From: Clostridia bacterium
GTDB taxonomy: Bacteria > Bacillota > Clostridia > RGIG6154
DNA: 64,000 nt
NCBI GenBank assembly: GCA_017410375.1
Contig: JAFQQW010000040.1
Span: forward strand, 70 to 64,069
Reading direction: 5' to 3'
In this document: positions 1-9,288 of the stretch, one piece after another
Position numbering within the stretch: position 1 is the first letter of the stretch
Layout: every line of letters begins with the position of its first letter
The notes under the pieces: generated by a model
What the model was told of the DNA's origin: nothing
Databases searched by the model: none
What the model saw: only the letters and a program-made list of their open reading frames with translations
Translations under genes and position numbers: made by a program

Positions 1-164
1 GGTAGAGTTCAAATTGACAAAAAGCAAGCAATGGAGCGGAATCCTCGATGGATTCCGCTCCATTCAACATCTGTTCAAACCGGAGCTTCTTCGCTTCGCT
101 CAGAATAACAAATAGTTCTTTGCTAGCGGTAGAACGACTTTTTCGACAGTCTGAGAGCATGCAA

Positions 165-905
165 TCATCCGATTGCATGCTCTTTATATTCGATGGGTGT
201 CATGCCCGTCTCTCTTTTAAACACTGCACTGAACTGTGCAGGTGTAGAAAATCCGCACACCTGCGAAACAAGTGTGCAGGAATAGTTATCTTCTTTCAGA
301 AGCTTTTTTGCCTGTTCCAATCGCTTTTGCATCACATATTGCATAGGAGAACGCCCGGTCAGTTTTTTAAAAACATGACGAAAATGATCATAGCTGTAAG
401 AGGATTTTTCAGCAAGCTCTTCAATAGAGATATTAAACACCTGATTGTTATCAATCTCACGAATGATGCTCCACATAGATGTTTCGTCCCCGTCCTTTTG
501 TTGCAGTCTGCTGATTTTGATTAAAAGCTCGGATATCTTATGGTCGCAAACCTCTTTGTAGCGTGCTTTCTTTTGGGTATACTCTTCTAAAATATCGAGC
601 AGTAATTTTAAAATGCTTCCATCCTGCTCGCAGGCATATACACCGCTGCCAAGACTTATTTTTTTGTCACACAAAAAGCCCAGACACAAGTACTCGCTTC
701 TTTTTTCGGCTCGCTGATTCCGATATATCCCCTTAGGCGTAAAGCAGATATCACCCGGCTTGTACGGAAAAATATCTTCTCCCACCTTAGTCTGCCCTGC
801 CCCTTTAATAAAATAGATAATTTCATGGTAGGTATGGTTATGGGCTTTAAAATTTGTGCGCGGTTTATGAAAGTTTTTAAACATAAATAAAATACTGTTT
901 TCCAT
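165..905 (-). CDS. AraC family transcriptional regulator (N-terminal cupin-like sensor + C-terminal AraC-type HTH)
   Basis: 246-aa ORF. C-terminal half has a typical AraC HTH signature (...FSTPAQFSAVFKRETGMTPIEY). N-terminal cupin-like region (HTYHEIIYFIKG). Divergent from the GH16 gene. Confidence 0.85.
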   Translation of the reverse strand: MENSILFMFKNFHKPRTNFKAHNHTYHEIIYFIKGAGQTKVGEDIFPYKPGDICFTPKGIYRNQRAEKRSEYLCLGFLCDKKISLGSGVYACEQDGSILKLLLDILEEYTQKKARYKEVCDHKISELLIKISRLQQKDGDETSMWSIIREIDNNQVFNISIEELAEKSSYSYDHFRHVFKKLTGRSPMQYVMQKRLEQAKKLLKEDNYSCTLVSQVCGFSTPAQFSAVFKRETGMTPIEYKEHAIG

Positions 906-1015
906 ATCTGCACCCCTTCACCAAAAAGTATAAGAATGATAGCCGTTTCATTATATCATACTTTTCAAAAAAATGCTACAATAAATTTAAAGAAATAAAA
1001 AAGGAGAGATGAACT

Positions 1016-3739
1016 ATGAAAAAATTATTAAGTGTTTTGCTTTGTATGTGCATGTTGCTTAGTGTTACTGCATATGCGAAAAGCTACACCGTAGGCATTT
1101 CGGACGACGGGTTTTCCTCGGGCGGTGCCTGGCTCGCCTCGGGCGTAAAGGGCGCTGATGGCACATCTTCCATGTATTCTAAGGAAGGTGCTGCCACCGC
1201 AACCTTTGCTTCCCCGTTGAAAACAGCAGGTAATGCAAAGGTTGAGTTTTACAACATCTCAAACAGCTCTGACCCGAAATTAACCATCCAGGTTACCTAC
1301 AACACCGACAAAACCACCGCTATTTCCATCGACCAGACCAAAACACCCGACGGTTGGGTTGATCTTGGTGTGTACAATTTTGATGCGGCAGAAGGCGAAG
1401 GTGTAACCGTAATCCGCGGTCTCGGCAACACCCGCATCAACAGTGTTCGCTTTACCGAAACCAAGGATGCTGTAAGCATTCAGGGTGAAGAAGCCGAAAA
1501 GGTAGAAACTAAAGAAAACGAAGAGCAGGAAAAAGACCTTGATGCAGACAATCCTGACGCAATTGTACTGACACTGGATAACAGCGAAAAGACCGGTGAC
1601 TGGAAAGAATCGTCCTTAAGCGGTTTTACAGATAAGAAATCCGTAAATACCACCGAAAAGGGTGCGACCGTATTTTATAAAGCACCCGTTACAAGCGGTA
1701 ATGCAAAGGTTGCTTTCTTTAACATTCAGGAAGGCTCTGCCCCCGACGGACTTTTAGAGGTTATTTATGACGGTGACAAGGTATATAGTCAGGAAATTGA
1801 CCAGAATCAGGTGCCCAAAGGTTGGGTAAATTTAGGTATATTTAACTTTACCGGTGCAGAGGGCGAAGGCATTCGCTTTACCAAAAACAGCAGTGGCGGT
1901 TACGCTCGTGTTGCAGAGGTTCGTTTTGTACCTACCGAAGAAAAAATCACGGTGAAAGAAGAAGTTGTGATTCCTCCCGAAGCTTTTGAAGGGGATGATA
2001 TGGCAAATATCAAAATGGAAGGCTTTGAAACAGTATCGGGCAAATGGCTGACCTCTCAGCTTCGCGGTTTTTGCGAAACTGGCTCCGCTTATTGCGGAGA
2101 GGTTGGCGGTTCTGCAAAATGGGATCCGCAATTAGATACCCCCAACATGGTTACCATCTACATTTACAAGCTGGTTTATGAAAACAATGTAAACGATGCA
2201 CTGTATCAGGTACACCATGACGGCAAGGTGGAAGATATCCGCGTAAATCTTAAGGAGGGCACTACCGGCTGGCATTGCCTCGGCACCTTTAAATTTTCCG
2301 GCAACGGTGATGAATATGTAACCGTAACCAAAGACAAAGAAACCGATTATGAATCCTATATCCGCGCCGATGCGGTAAAATTTATTGCAGTCAGCGATGA
2401 CGAAGCCATCAACAACAATATCAAACGTTATATTATTGTAGACAATGACCCACCGATTTATTTTATGGTAACTGAATTTTCGGACACCACCGACCATTGG
2501 GCAAAAGCCAACATTTCGCTCATGGCTAACAGAGGCTTGGTTAAAGGCGTCGGTGAAGATGTATTCAATCCCGACGGCAATATCTCCAGAGCGGAATTTA
2601 CGACCCTTTTAACCCGCATTTTGGAGCTTGCTGAAGTGGACAAAGCAACCTTTGCAGACAGCGAAGGCTGGTACAAAGGCTACTTAGCTGCAGCAGTTGA
2701 AGCAGATTTGTTCAACGGCTTACCCATCGAAAACAATCAAATTTATCCCGACAAGCCCATTACCCGTGAAGAAATGGCGTTGATGATTGCAAACGCAGGC
2801 AAGGCTAAAAACAAACCCATTATCGCTCCCGAAACCACCAAAACCGTAACAGACTTTACAGATGGCGCATCGGTCAGCGCATTTGCAACCTCTGCATGTC
2901 AGTATGTCATTGACAACAAAATCATTACCGGCTACGAGGACAACACTTTCCGTCCCGTGAACACCGCAACCCGTGCAGAGGCCACCGTTATGCTCCAAAG
3001 ATTTTTAGAACAGGTGCTCTGGGCAGGTCCTGTGGACATGAGCAAGCAATGGACTTTGACCTTCTCAGACGATTTTAACGGCGATGCGATAGACACGAAC
3101 GTTTGGGTATCCGAAAACAAGGCAAACGGATGGTCTGCCATCTTCTCTTCCCGTTATCCTGAAAATCTGGAAGTGAAAGACGGTTATCTTTACATGCACA
3201 CCAAGAAAAACAACCCCGACCCGCAAAACGAATGGTCGACCGCTTACATCTGGACCAAGGAATTCAAGCAGAAATACGGCTATTTTGAAGCAAGATACAA
3301 ATACAATGATGCTTCGGGCGTAAACAATGCGTTCTGGCTGATGACAGACGGACAAACCAACGGTTTGTACCCCGGTGAGCACGAAATCGACATCAACGAG
3401 GGTCACTACCCCAACCGCTCTACACACAATCTGCACTATTATGACAAAACCAAGGAAACCCGTGTGGATTCGGGCTATGCCGTAGACTCCCGGGAAAACT
3501 ATGCAAGAGATTTCCATATTTTCGCTTGCGAATGGACACCCGAAGAAATTATCTTCTATGTGGACGGCAAAGAAACCCGACGTGCAAGTGTTAAGGATAC
3601 CGCTATGGAAGACACAGAATCGGTTGTTCGGTTCTCCACCGCTGTTTCCACCTTTGCAGGCAAAGTAACAGATGCCTTAGACGGCAAGTCTATGGTTGTT
3701 GACTATGTAAGAGTTTACCAGACCGATTATAACAAATAA
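1016..3739 (+). CDS. Secreted, SLH-anchored GH16 beta-glucanase (laminarinase-like) with three N-terminal ~130-aa CBM-like repeats
   Basis: Signal peptide (MKKLLSVLLCMCMLLSVTAYA|K). Three homologous ~130-aa repeats, each carrying a G-W-V/H-x-LG-x-F-x-F motif and a v-R/K-F C-terminal strand. Three SLH repeats (FSDTTDHWAKANISLMANRGLVKG...). C-terminal GH16 domain with catalytic motif EHEIDINEGH (ExDxxE). RBS AAGGAGAG upstream. Hairpin terminator downstream. Confidence 0.85.
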   Translation: MKKLLSVLLCMCMLLSVTAYAKSYTVGISDDGFSSGGAWLASGVKGADGTSSMYSKEGAATATFASPLKTAGNAKVEFYNISNSSDPKLTIQVTYNTDKTTAISIDQTKTPDGWVDLGVYNFDAAEGEGVTVIRGLGNTRINSVRFTETKDAVSIQGEEAEKVETKENEEQEKDLDADNPDAIVLTLDNSEKTGDWKESSLSGFTDKKSVNTTEKGATVFYKAPVTSGNAKVAFFNIQEGSAPDGLLEVIYDGDKVYSQEIDQNQVPKGWVNLGIFNFTGAEGEGIRFTKNSSGGYARVAEVRFVPTEEKITVKEEVVIPPEAFEGDDMANIKMEGFETVSGKWLTSQLRGFCETGSAYCGEVGGSAKWDPQLDTPNMVTIYIYKLVYENNVNDALYQVHHDGKVEDIRVNLKEGTTGWHCLGTFKFSGNGDEYVTVTKDKETDYESYIRADAVKFIAVSDDEAINNNIKRYIIVDNDPPIYFMVTEFSDTTDHWAKANISLMANRGLVKGVGEDVFNPDGNISRAEFTTLLTRILELAEVDKATFADSEGWYKGYLAAAVEADLFNGLPIENNQIYPDKPITREEMALMIANAGKAKNKPIIAPETTKTVTDFTDGASVSAFATSACQYVIDNKIITGYEDNTFRPVNTATRAEATVMLQRFLEQVLWAGPVDMSKQWTLTFSDDFNGDAIDTNVWVSENKANGWSAIFSSRYPENLEVKDGYLYMHTKKNNPDPQNEWSTAYIWTKEFKQKYGYFEARYKYNDASGVNNAFWLMTDGQTNGLYPGEHEIDINEGHYPNRSTHNLHYYDKTKETRVDSGYAVDSRENYARDFHIFACEWTPEEIIFYVDGKETRRASVKDTAMEDTESVVRFSTAVSTFAGKVTDALDGKSMVVDYVRVYQTDYNK

Positions 3740-3746
3740 AAAAGAT

Positions 3747-3790
3747 ATAAAAATGCTGTCTCACCTAAAAGTGAGACAGCATTTTTTTAT
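3747..3790. terminator. Bidirectional rho-independent terminator (gctgtctcac-ctaaaa-gtgagacagc + T-run, A-run upstream)
   Basis: Perfect 10-bp stem flanked by an A-run and a T-run. Sits between convergent genes. Confidence 0.8.
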
Positions 3791-3957
3791 TCCTCTTCTA
3801 AGCTTTGCAATGCGACACGCACCGCTTCCACCACAAATGCCGTAAAGGTGCAATCCTTGCCCTCTATCGCCTTTTCCACATTCTCAATGATATCATTCGG
3901 AAAGCGAATACTTTTGCTTGTCGTGGGTGGTATGGATGGTATTTTAAATTTTCTCAT
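3787..3957 (-). CDS. Small ribbon-helix-helix (Arc/CopG-like) DNA-binding protein, hypothetical
   Basis: 56 aa counted from the ATG preceded by AGGAG. Pattern beta-strand (KSIRFPNDII) - helix (ENVEKAIEG) - helix (FTAFVVEAVRVALQSL) fits an RHH fold. The longer upstream ORF extension lacks an RBS. Confidence 0.5.
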   Translation of the reverse strand: MRKFKIPSIPPTTSKSIRFPNDIIENVEKAIEGKDCTFTAFVVEAVRVALQSLEEE

Positions 3958-4094
3958 ACACTCATCTCCTTGTAACACTATTATATATACATATTGCGTT
4001 ACAGTATGCACCTCTGATGTTTTTCATTCGTCTTTCATTTGTCTTGCTTTTTAGAAATTTATGTGATATAATAACAACAAAGGAGATGAATGAA

Positions 4095-4280
4095 ATGAAA
4101 AAACCACCGAAACCACAATGGAATCTGCCTGATATTGTGGATATCAATTTATTAAGGTATTTGAACTCGCTTTGTCCATTTTGCAAAAAAGACGGTGTCT
4201 ATACCCTCTCCGACCGCCACACCTGCCTGGAATGTCACAACGAATGGCCCTTGGAAAACGATAACAAAAAAGGACTGTAA
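4095..4280 (+). CDS. Small zinc-ribbon protein (CPFC...CLEC, H-x-W), hypothetical
   Basis: 61 aa from the ATG with an AAGGAG RBS 8 nt upstream. Two Cys pairs (CPFCKK...CLECHNEW). Divergent from the RHH gene. Confidence 0.45.
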   Translation: MKKPPKPQWNLPDIVDINLLRYLNSLCPFCKKDGVYTLSDRHTCLECHNEWPLENDNKKGL

Positions 4281-4304
4281 TACAGTCCTTTTTTACATTT
4301 TCTT

Positions 4305-5342
4305 TTAAATTAAATCTGCCATATCCAGAACAAGACGTTCGGTTTTTTCCCAGCCTAAGCAGGGGTCGGTAATGGATTTGCCGTAAATACCTTCGCCGAT
4401 CTTCTGGCAACCGTCTTCGATATAGCTTTCAATCATAAAGCCTTTTACCAGGCGGTTAATGTCGTTACTGTGGCGGCAACTGTGCAACACTTCTTTGCAG
4501 ATACGAACCTGCTCACCGTACTGCTTATTGGAGTTTGCATGGTTTGCATCCACAATCAGCGCCATGTTGTCTACTTCTTTTTCTGCATAAGCATTGTAAA
4601 GACGAATTAAATCTTCGTAGTGGTAGTTGGGCTGAGACTGGCCGTGCTTATTCACATATCCTCTTAAAATTGCGTGTGCCAGCGGATTTCCCTTGGTTTG
4701 TACTTCCCAACCGTTATAAATAAAGGTGTGGGAATGGGTTGCGGCAATAATGGAGTTAAGCATTACAGAATAGTCACCGCTGGTAGGGTTTTTCATACCT
4801 GCCGGGATATCCATACCGCTGGAAACCAGTCTGTGCTGTTGGTTTTCTACAGAACGGGCACCGACAGCTACATAGGACAAAATGTCGGATAAATAACTGT
4901 AGTTTTCGGGATACAGCATTTCGTCTGCGCAGAAAAATCCGGTTTCGGTAATCACTTTGGTGTGCAGGTCACGAATTGCTAAAATGCCCTTTAGCATGTC
5001 CGGCTTTTCGTTGGGGTTAGGCTGATGCACCATACCCTTATAACCATCACCCGTTGTACGGGGTTTGTTTGTATAAATACGTGGGATAATCAAAATTTTA
5101 TCCTTTACTTGCTCCTGCAGTTTTGCAAGGCGGAAATTATAATCCATAACAGAATCTACTTTATCCGCAGAGCAAGGACCAATGATCAACACCATTTTGT
5201 CAGACTTGCCTGTAAAGACATCTGCAATCTCCTTGTCACGATTTTTTTTAGCTTCTGCCAGTTCTTTGGACAGCGGAAACTGAATTTTAATCTCCTCTGC
5301 TGTCGGCAATTTTCTTTCGAATGTCATGTGCATGTCAATCAT
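4305..5342 (-). CDS. 3-deoxy-7-phosphoheptulonate (DAHP) synthase, class I (AroF/AroG type)
   Basis: 345 aa. Contains LIIGPCS...IPRIYTNKPRT and IVDANHANS motifs typical of class I-alpha DAHP synthases. The real start is probably the second or third ATG (MHMTFERK), which has an AAAGGA RBS. Confidence 0.85.
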   Translation of the reverse strand: MIDMHMTFERKLPTAEEIKIQFPLSKELAEAKKNRDKEIADVFTGKSDKMVLIIGPCSADKVDSVMDYNFRLAKLQEQVKDKILIIPRIYTNKPRTTGDGYKGMVHQPNPNEKPDMLKGILAIRDLHTKVITETGFFCADEMLYPENYSYLSDILSYVAVGARSVENQQHRLVSSGMDIPAGMKNPTSGDYSVMLNSIIAATHSHTFIYNGWEVQTKGNPLAHAILRGYVNKHGQSQPNYHYEDLIRLYNAYAEKEVDNMALIVDANHANSNKQYGEQVRICKEVLHSCRHSNDINRLVKGFMIESYIEDGCQKIGEGIYGKSITDPCLGWEKTERLVLDMADLI

Positions 5343-5400
5343 TCCTTTCTAAATAATTAACATATATTATATCACTGCTTTGCGAAAAAATCAAGTATTT

Positions 5401-6285
5401 TTACACATTTTTTGTATATTTATTTCTATACTGTTTGGGAGAAATGCCTTTGGCTTTTCGGAAGTCTTCAATAAAGTGGCTGGTAGATACATAGTTTAAA
5501 GCTTGTGCAATGCTGCTTACAGAATCGGTCGTACAAATCAGAAGCCGCTCCCCCTCCGCAAGCTTTACCGACTTCACATACTTGGTAAACGGCATATTCA
5601 TCACGGTACGAAAAAGCCTTGAAAAATAACCGTCGCTCAGATTACACAAAAGCGCCGCCTCGTGCGTTTTTAGGTTTCCGTTGGTTTCTTTAACCACCTG
5701 CATGGTTTTTTGCAACAGCATCAGGTTTTCACGGCTGATAGAGCTTTCCACCGATATGATTTCGTTATTCTCTTTACGAATTTTCAGAATTTCTGCACAA
5801 ACTTTTGTAATATCTGCACGTACAAACAGTTCATCTGCATACCCTTTGTCCAAAAAAGTCTGCATGGCGTTTTTCAATAGCCTGTCTATTTCTGCATTCT
5901 GACTGATGATACGGCTTGCACCGACTCGATCCGCACTGAAATTAAACATATATTCAAAAGCACTGGAGGTCTGCCCAAAGCTGTATAAGATGTCAGGCAG
6001 AAATTTTACCACAATAAATTCTGCATCCTCCAAAAAAAGAGTTCTGTGAATTTCACCCGGATAAATAATCATTAAATCGGCATCCTTCAAAACATATTCC
6101 GTTTCTCCGACTGACGCAAGGATTTTACCATCCAGTACATACAAAAACTCAATATACCGATGAAAATGATAACGCTCCTTGTTCATACCGGTTGTTTTTT
6201 TGCCTTTCCGTAAAATACATTGCACATTCAAGCTCTCTCCGTTACGGACAGCCAAGCCCTCATCTATTGCCATAACATCCTCCAA
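5401..6285 (-). CDS. AraC family transcriptional regulator (cupin N-domain + AraC HTH)
   Basis: 294 aa. C-terminal AraC HTH (...LSDGYFSRLFRTVMNMPFTKY...FRKAKGISPKQYR). Divergent from the ThuA-like gene. Confidence 0.85.
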   Translation of the reverse strand: MEDVMAIDEGLAVRNGESLNVQCILRKGKKTTGMNKERYHFHRYIEFLYVLDGKILASVGETEYVLKDADLMIIYPGEIHRTLFLEDAEFIVVKFLPDILYSFGQTSSAFEYMFNFSADRVGASRIISQNAEIDRLLKNAMQTFLDKGYADELFVRADITKVCAEILKIRKENNEIISVESSISRENLMLLQKTMQVVKETNGNLKTHEAALLCNLSDGYFSRLFRTVMNMPFTKYVKSVKLAEGERLLICTTDSVSSIAQALNYVSTSHFIEDFRKAKGISPKQYRNKYTKNV

Positions 6286-6316
6286 TATCAGAATTTCGAT
6301 ATTTTTTATTTAAAAA

Positions 6317-6351
6317 TAGTATAGCATATCTTTCCAAAAAATGCTATACTT
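6317..6351. promoter_or_regulatory. 11-bp inverted repeat (TAGTATAGCAT-N13-ATGCTATACTt), candidate AraC-type operator in a divergent intergenic region
   Basis: 10/11 complementary arms, centred between the divergent AraC (minus) and ThuA-like (plus) starts. Confidence 0.4.
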
Positions 6352-6386
6352 ATTTTAAAGAATTTTAATCGGAGGGATAAATAACT

Positions 6387-7124
6387 ATGATTAAAGTAAC
6401 AATTTTCAATGAGTTTTATCATGAACAGGCAGAAGATCATGTAAGAGAAGTATATCCAAAGGGTATCCATGTTGCCATTGCTGATTTTTTGGCCTGCGAT
6501 GAAGTAAAGGTTCGTCTTGCTCCTTTGTATGACGAGAATCTCCAGCCCACACCCGACTGCAATTTAAGCGAAGAAGTGTTAAGAGACACCGATGTTTTAC
6601 TGTGGTGGGGTCACATGCGTCACCAGACTGTTCCGGATGAAGTGGCTGACCGTGTTTGCGAGCATGTTAAGCGCGGTATGGGTATTATCTTCCTGCATTC
6701 GGGCCACCATTCCAAGCCTTTCAAAAAGCTTATGGGTACAACCTGTAACTTAAAGTGGAGAGACGGTGCAAAAGAAAGAATCTGGATTATCAACCCTGCA
6801 CACCCCATCATGGAAGGCGTAGATTGCGAATATTTTGATTTAGAAAGAGAAGAAATGTATGGCGAACGCTTTGACATTCCGACACCGGATGAGCTTTTAG
6901 CAATCGGATGCTATGCAACAAATGAAGTGTTCCGCAGCGCCTGCACCTGGCAAAGAGGCTACGGTAAAATTTTCTATCTCCAGCCCGGCCACGAAACCAA
7001 CAGAGCATACTACAACCCCTACATTCAGAAAATTTTACAAAATGCAGTACGCTGGGCAAAACCCACTTACAGAATTGATGAAGCTATCCCCTGCCCGCAA
7101 TACCCTGCACAACCTTTAGAGTAA
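6387..7124 (+). CDS. ThuA-like (trehalose-utilisation protein A family) class-I glutamine-amidotransferase-fold protein
   Basis: 245 aa. N-terminus KVTIFNEFYHEQ and overall length match ThuA family proteins. RBS GGAGGGA upstream. Confidence 0.7.
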   Translation: MIKVTIFNEFYHEQAEDHVREVYPKGIHVAIADFLACDEVKVRLAPLYDENLQPTPDCNLSEEVLRDTDVLLWWGHMRHQTVPDEVADRVCEHVKRGMGIIFLHSGHHSKPFKKLMGTTCNLKWRDGAKERIWIINPAHPIMEGVDCEYFDLEREEMYGERFDIPTPDELLAIGCYATNEVFRSACTWQRGYGKIFYLQPGHETNRAYYNPYIQKILQNAVRWAKPTYRIDEAIPCPQYPAQPLE

Positions 7125-7138
7125 ACACAAAATAAAAT

Positions 7139-7166
7139 GCCACGTTAAAACGTGGCATTTTTTTAT
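7139..7166. terminator. Bidirectional rho-independent terminator (gccacg-ttaaaa-cgtggc + T8)
   Basis: Stem-loop flanked by an A-run and a T-run. Lies between the convergent thuA-like and cpsD genes. Confidence 0.8.
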
Positions 7167-7894
7167 TTATATCCGTATTTATAACCGTATTTATACTTAT
7201 ATCTTCCCACATAAGAGCCATAGCGACTGTGTTTGCTGTCGCTGCTGGTCATTACGAAGCCGATAATTTTCGCCTGTACTTTTTTCAGACGGCGAATCAT
7301 TTCGTCCACCATATCAAATGTAGTGTAATTGTTTTTCACAATTAAAACCATCGCTGTGCAACGCTTGGAAACCACCGCTGCATCGGTTACAACAGTTACC
7401 GGCGGCGTATCTACAAAGATGTAGTCATATTTGGTTTTCAATACATTAATGATATCGGTAAATGCCTGCGAGGATAACACTTCTGCCGCGTTGGGCGGAA
7501 TTTCACCTGCTGTGATGCAGTCAAGCCCGGGTCGGATATCCTTGCGGATAACATCGTCAAGTGTAACAAAACCACAGATTACATTGGTCATACCTTCGCC
7601 GAGGTCTGTCTGCAAATAGCGGTGCACTTTAGGCTTACGCAGGTCGCAGTCAAGTACAATTACTTTTGCACCCATCTGTGCAAAGGCAATACCCAAATTC
7701 ACAACCGTAGTACTTTTGCCTTCACCCGGAATTGCGCTGGTTACACCAATTACTTTGCCTCCCTCTAACTTCGGCAAAGAAAACATAATACTTGTACGCA
7801 GTGTTTTATAATTTTCAGAAGTCTCAAAATTAGTGTGTTCGGATAAAATGTTACCCAAATCCACAAGAGCCTCTTTTTTCATTCTCTTTTTCAC
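7163..7894 (-). CDS. cpsD: CpsD/CapB-type bacterial tyrosine (BY) protein kinase, cytoplasmic ATPase
   Basis: Walker A (VIGVTSAIPGEGKST) and Walker B (VIVLDCDLRKP) motifs. C-terminal tyrosine cluster YKYKYGYKYGYK. Confidence 0.9.
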   Translation of the reverse strand: MKKRMKKEALVDLGNILSEHTNFETSENYKTLRTSIMFSLPKLEGGKVIGVTSAIPGEGKSTTVVNLGIAFAQMGAKVIVLDCDLRKPKVHRYLQTDLGEGMTNVICGFVTLDDVIRKDIRPGLDCITAGEIPPNAAEVLSSQAFTDIINVLKTKYDYIFVDTPPVTVVTDAAVVSKRCTAMVLIVKNNYTTFDMVDEMIRRLKKVQAKIIGFVMTSSDSKHSRYGSYVGRYKYKYGYKYGYK

Positions 7895-7915
7895 GATTTT
7901 TTACCTCCGTATAGC

Positions 7916-8593
7916 TTAATCCAATTCGCCTAAGATGGAGAATTCATACCGTTCCGATAATGCTTCAGCACTGTGAATTTTTCTGTCCATTGCTTTCAAC
8001 ACAAACGCAAGAACAACACCCAAAATTGCGCCAATAATGAAGCCGATAACAGCACTTGTCACTTCACCTTTTGCTACGGGTGCGGAGGGTTTAATCGGTT
8101 CATCGATAATCTTTACTTCACCGACTGTAAACACATTCATCAGCTGTTCAGGTGCTTTCGCCAGAACTTTCTGTACAATCAAATATGCATCCAGTGCATT
8201 GGGAGCTGTCGCAGTAACTGACAGCAATTCAGTTTCATTCACAAGCTGAATATTAATCATTCTGCTTAATTCCTGCCAAGAGTATTTCTCATCAATTTCA
8301 CGGCTGACATTTGTCAGGAAAGAGCGCCCCTTTAAGATTTCTATGTAAGAAGTACTGAGCATTCTGGCGGATTCAATATCGAACTGACTGATATATGCTT
8401 CTTTTTCAAAAGCAGCTGCATTCAAATTTGTAACATATAAGCGACCGTCGGAAGCATATACATCCGGTTGCAATACAGTTCGCACATACTGCAAAGAGGA
8501 AACAGCAATCGCCATCACCAATATTAAAACTTTGTAACGCCAGAGAACCGCAAAAATATCCTGCAGAGTCAGAATCTTTTCTTTTTCTTCCAT
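7916..8593 (-). CDS. cpsC: Wzz/CpsC-type polysaccharide co-polymerase (BY-kinase transmembrane activator)
   Basis: 225 aa. N-terminal TM (LWRYKVLILVMAIAVSS). Periplasmic domain. C-terminal TM (VIGFIIGAILGVVLAFVL) with a KAMDRKI tail. Immediately upstream of the BY-kinase gene. Confidence 0.85.
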   Translation of the reverse strand: MEEKEKILTLQDIFAVLWRYKVLILVMAIAVSSLQYVRTVLQPDVYASDGRLYVTNLNAAAFEKEAYISQFDIESARMLSTSYIEILKGRSFLTNVSREIDEKYSWQELSRMINIQLVNETELLSVTATAPNALDAYLIVQKVLAKAPEQLMNVFTVGEVKIIDEPIKPSAPVAKGEVTSAVIGFIIGAILGVVLAFVLKAMDRKIHSAEALSERYEFSILGELD

Positions 8594-8636
8594 TTTTTCA
8601 TCTCCTACAAATAATCATTAATATTATAATACCATA

Positions 8637-9263
8637 TCAATTGGCATTTGTCAAATCATTTAAACGGATTTTATACTCTGAATTTCGCCCTTCCGTCCAG
8701 ACATTTTGGCGAAGTGCATCATAGATAATCACCCTGCTTGCATAATCATACAGCACGACTAAACCGTCCTGCCTGCAGAACACATTGTATGTTTCGCCCA
8801 TTGAATTTGTAATCTCGGTAAAGGAATCGCCGAACGCCTTGTGTAAATAGGATATCCCTGCTTTGTTGCCATCCATGAAAAAAAGTTCAATGCAATATAA
8901 GCCGTCACGGTCAAACTCCAGAAATATCTTTGCCGACTGCTCCCCCAACGCCCCTAAAGAATCAACCATAAATGCACTGTGCTCGGTGTTAACATCGGTA
9001 TATGACTCGCACGGAATACCGCCACATGTCTCCAAAAGGATTTCTTCTGCTCTGTCGCGGGACATGTTCAAAGACAGAATAAAATCCTCTGCAAAATCTT
9101 CATTCTGTTCATCGGTCTGCAGAGTGTTGTCCTCCGTTCCGTATATTTTTTTGGGAGCATTTGTATTTTTTTGAAAATAACAATACCCCAAGCAAGCAAT
9201 CCCAACAATAAGAATGCATATAAAAATCTTTAAAAAAGAGCCTGTTTTTTTCTTTTTCCGCAC
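8637..9263 (-). CDS. Hypothetical single-pass membrane protein with extracytoplasmic domain, inserted in the cps kinase module
   Basis: Likely GTG start with an AGAGGG RBS (MRKKKKTGSFLKIFICILIVGIACLGYCYF...). No recognisable family. Cys-rich extracellular part. Confidence 0.5.
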   Translation of the reverse strand: MRKKKKTGSFLKIFICILIVGIACLGYCYFQKNTNAPKKIYGTEDNTLQTDEQNEDFAEDFILSLNMSRDRAEEILLETCGGIPCESYTDVNTEHSAFMVDSLGALGEQSAKIFLEFDRDGLYCIELFFMDGNKAGISYLHKAFGDSFTEITNSMGETYNVFCRQDGLVVLYDYASRVIIYDALRQNVWTEGRNSEYKIRLNDLTNAN

Positions 9264-9288
9264 AACGCACCCTCTTTTCAAAACTTTT

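Noticed and set aside
48-524. 158-aa plus-strand ORF
   Set aside because: It is entirely antisense to the well-supported AraC regulator gene (165-905). It has Cys/His-rich low-complexity composition and no RBS.
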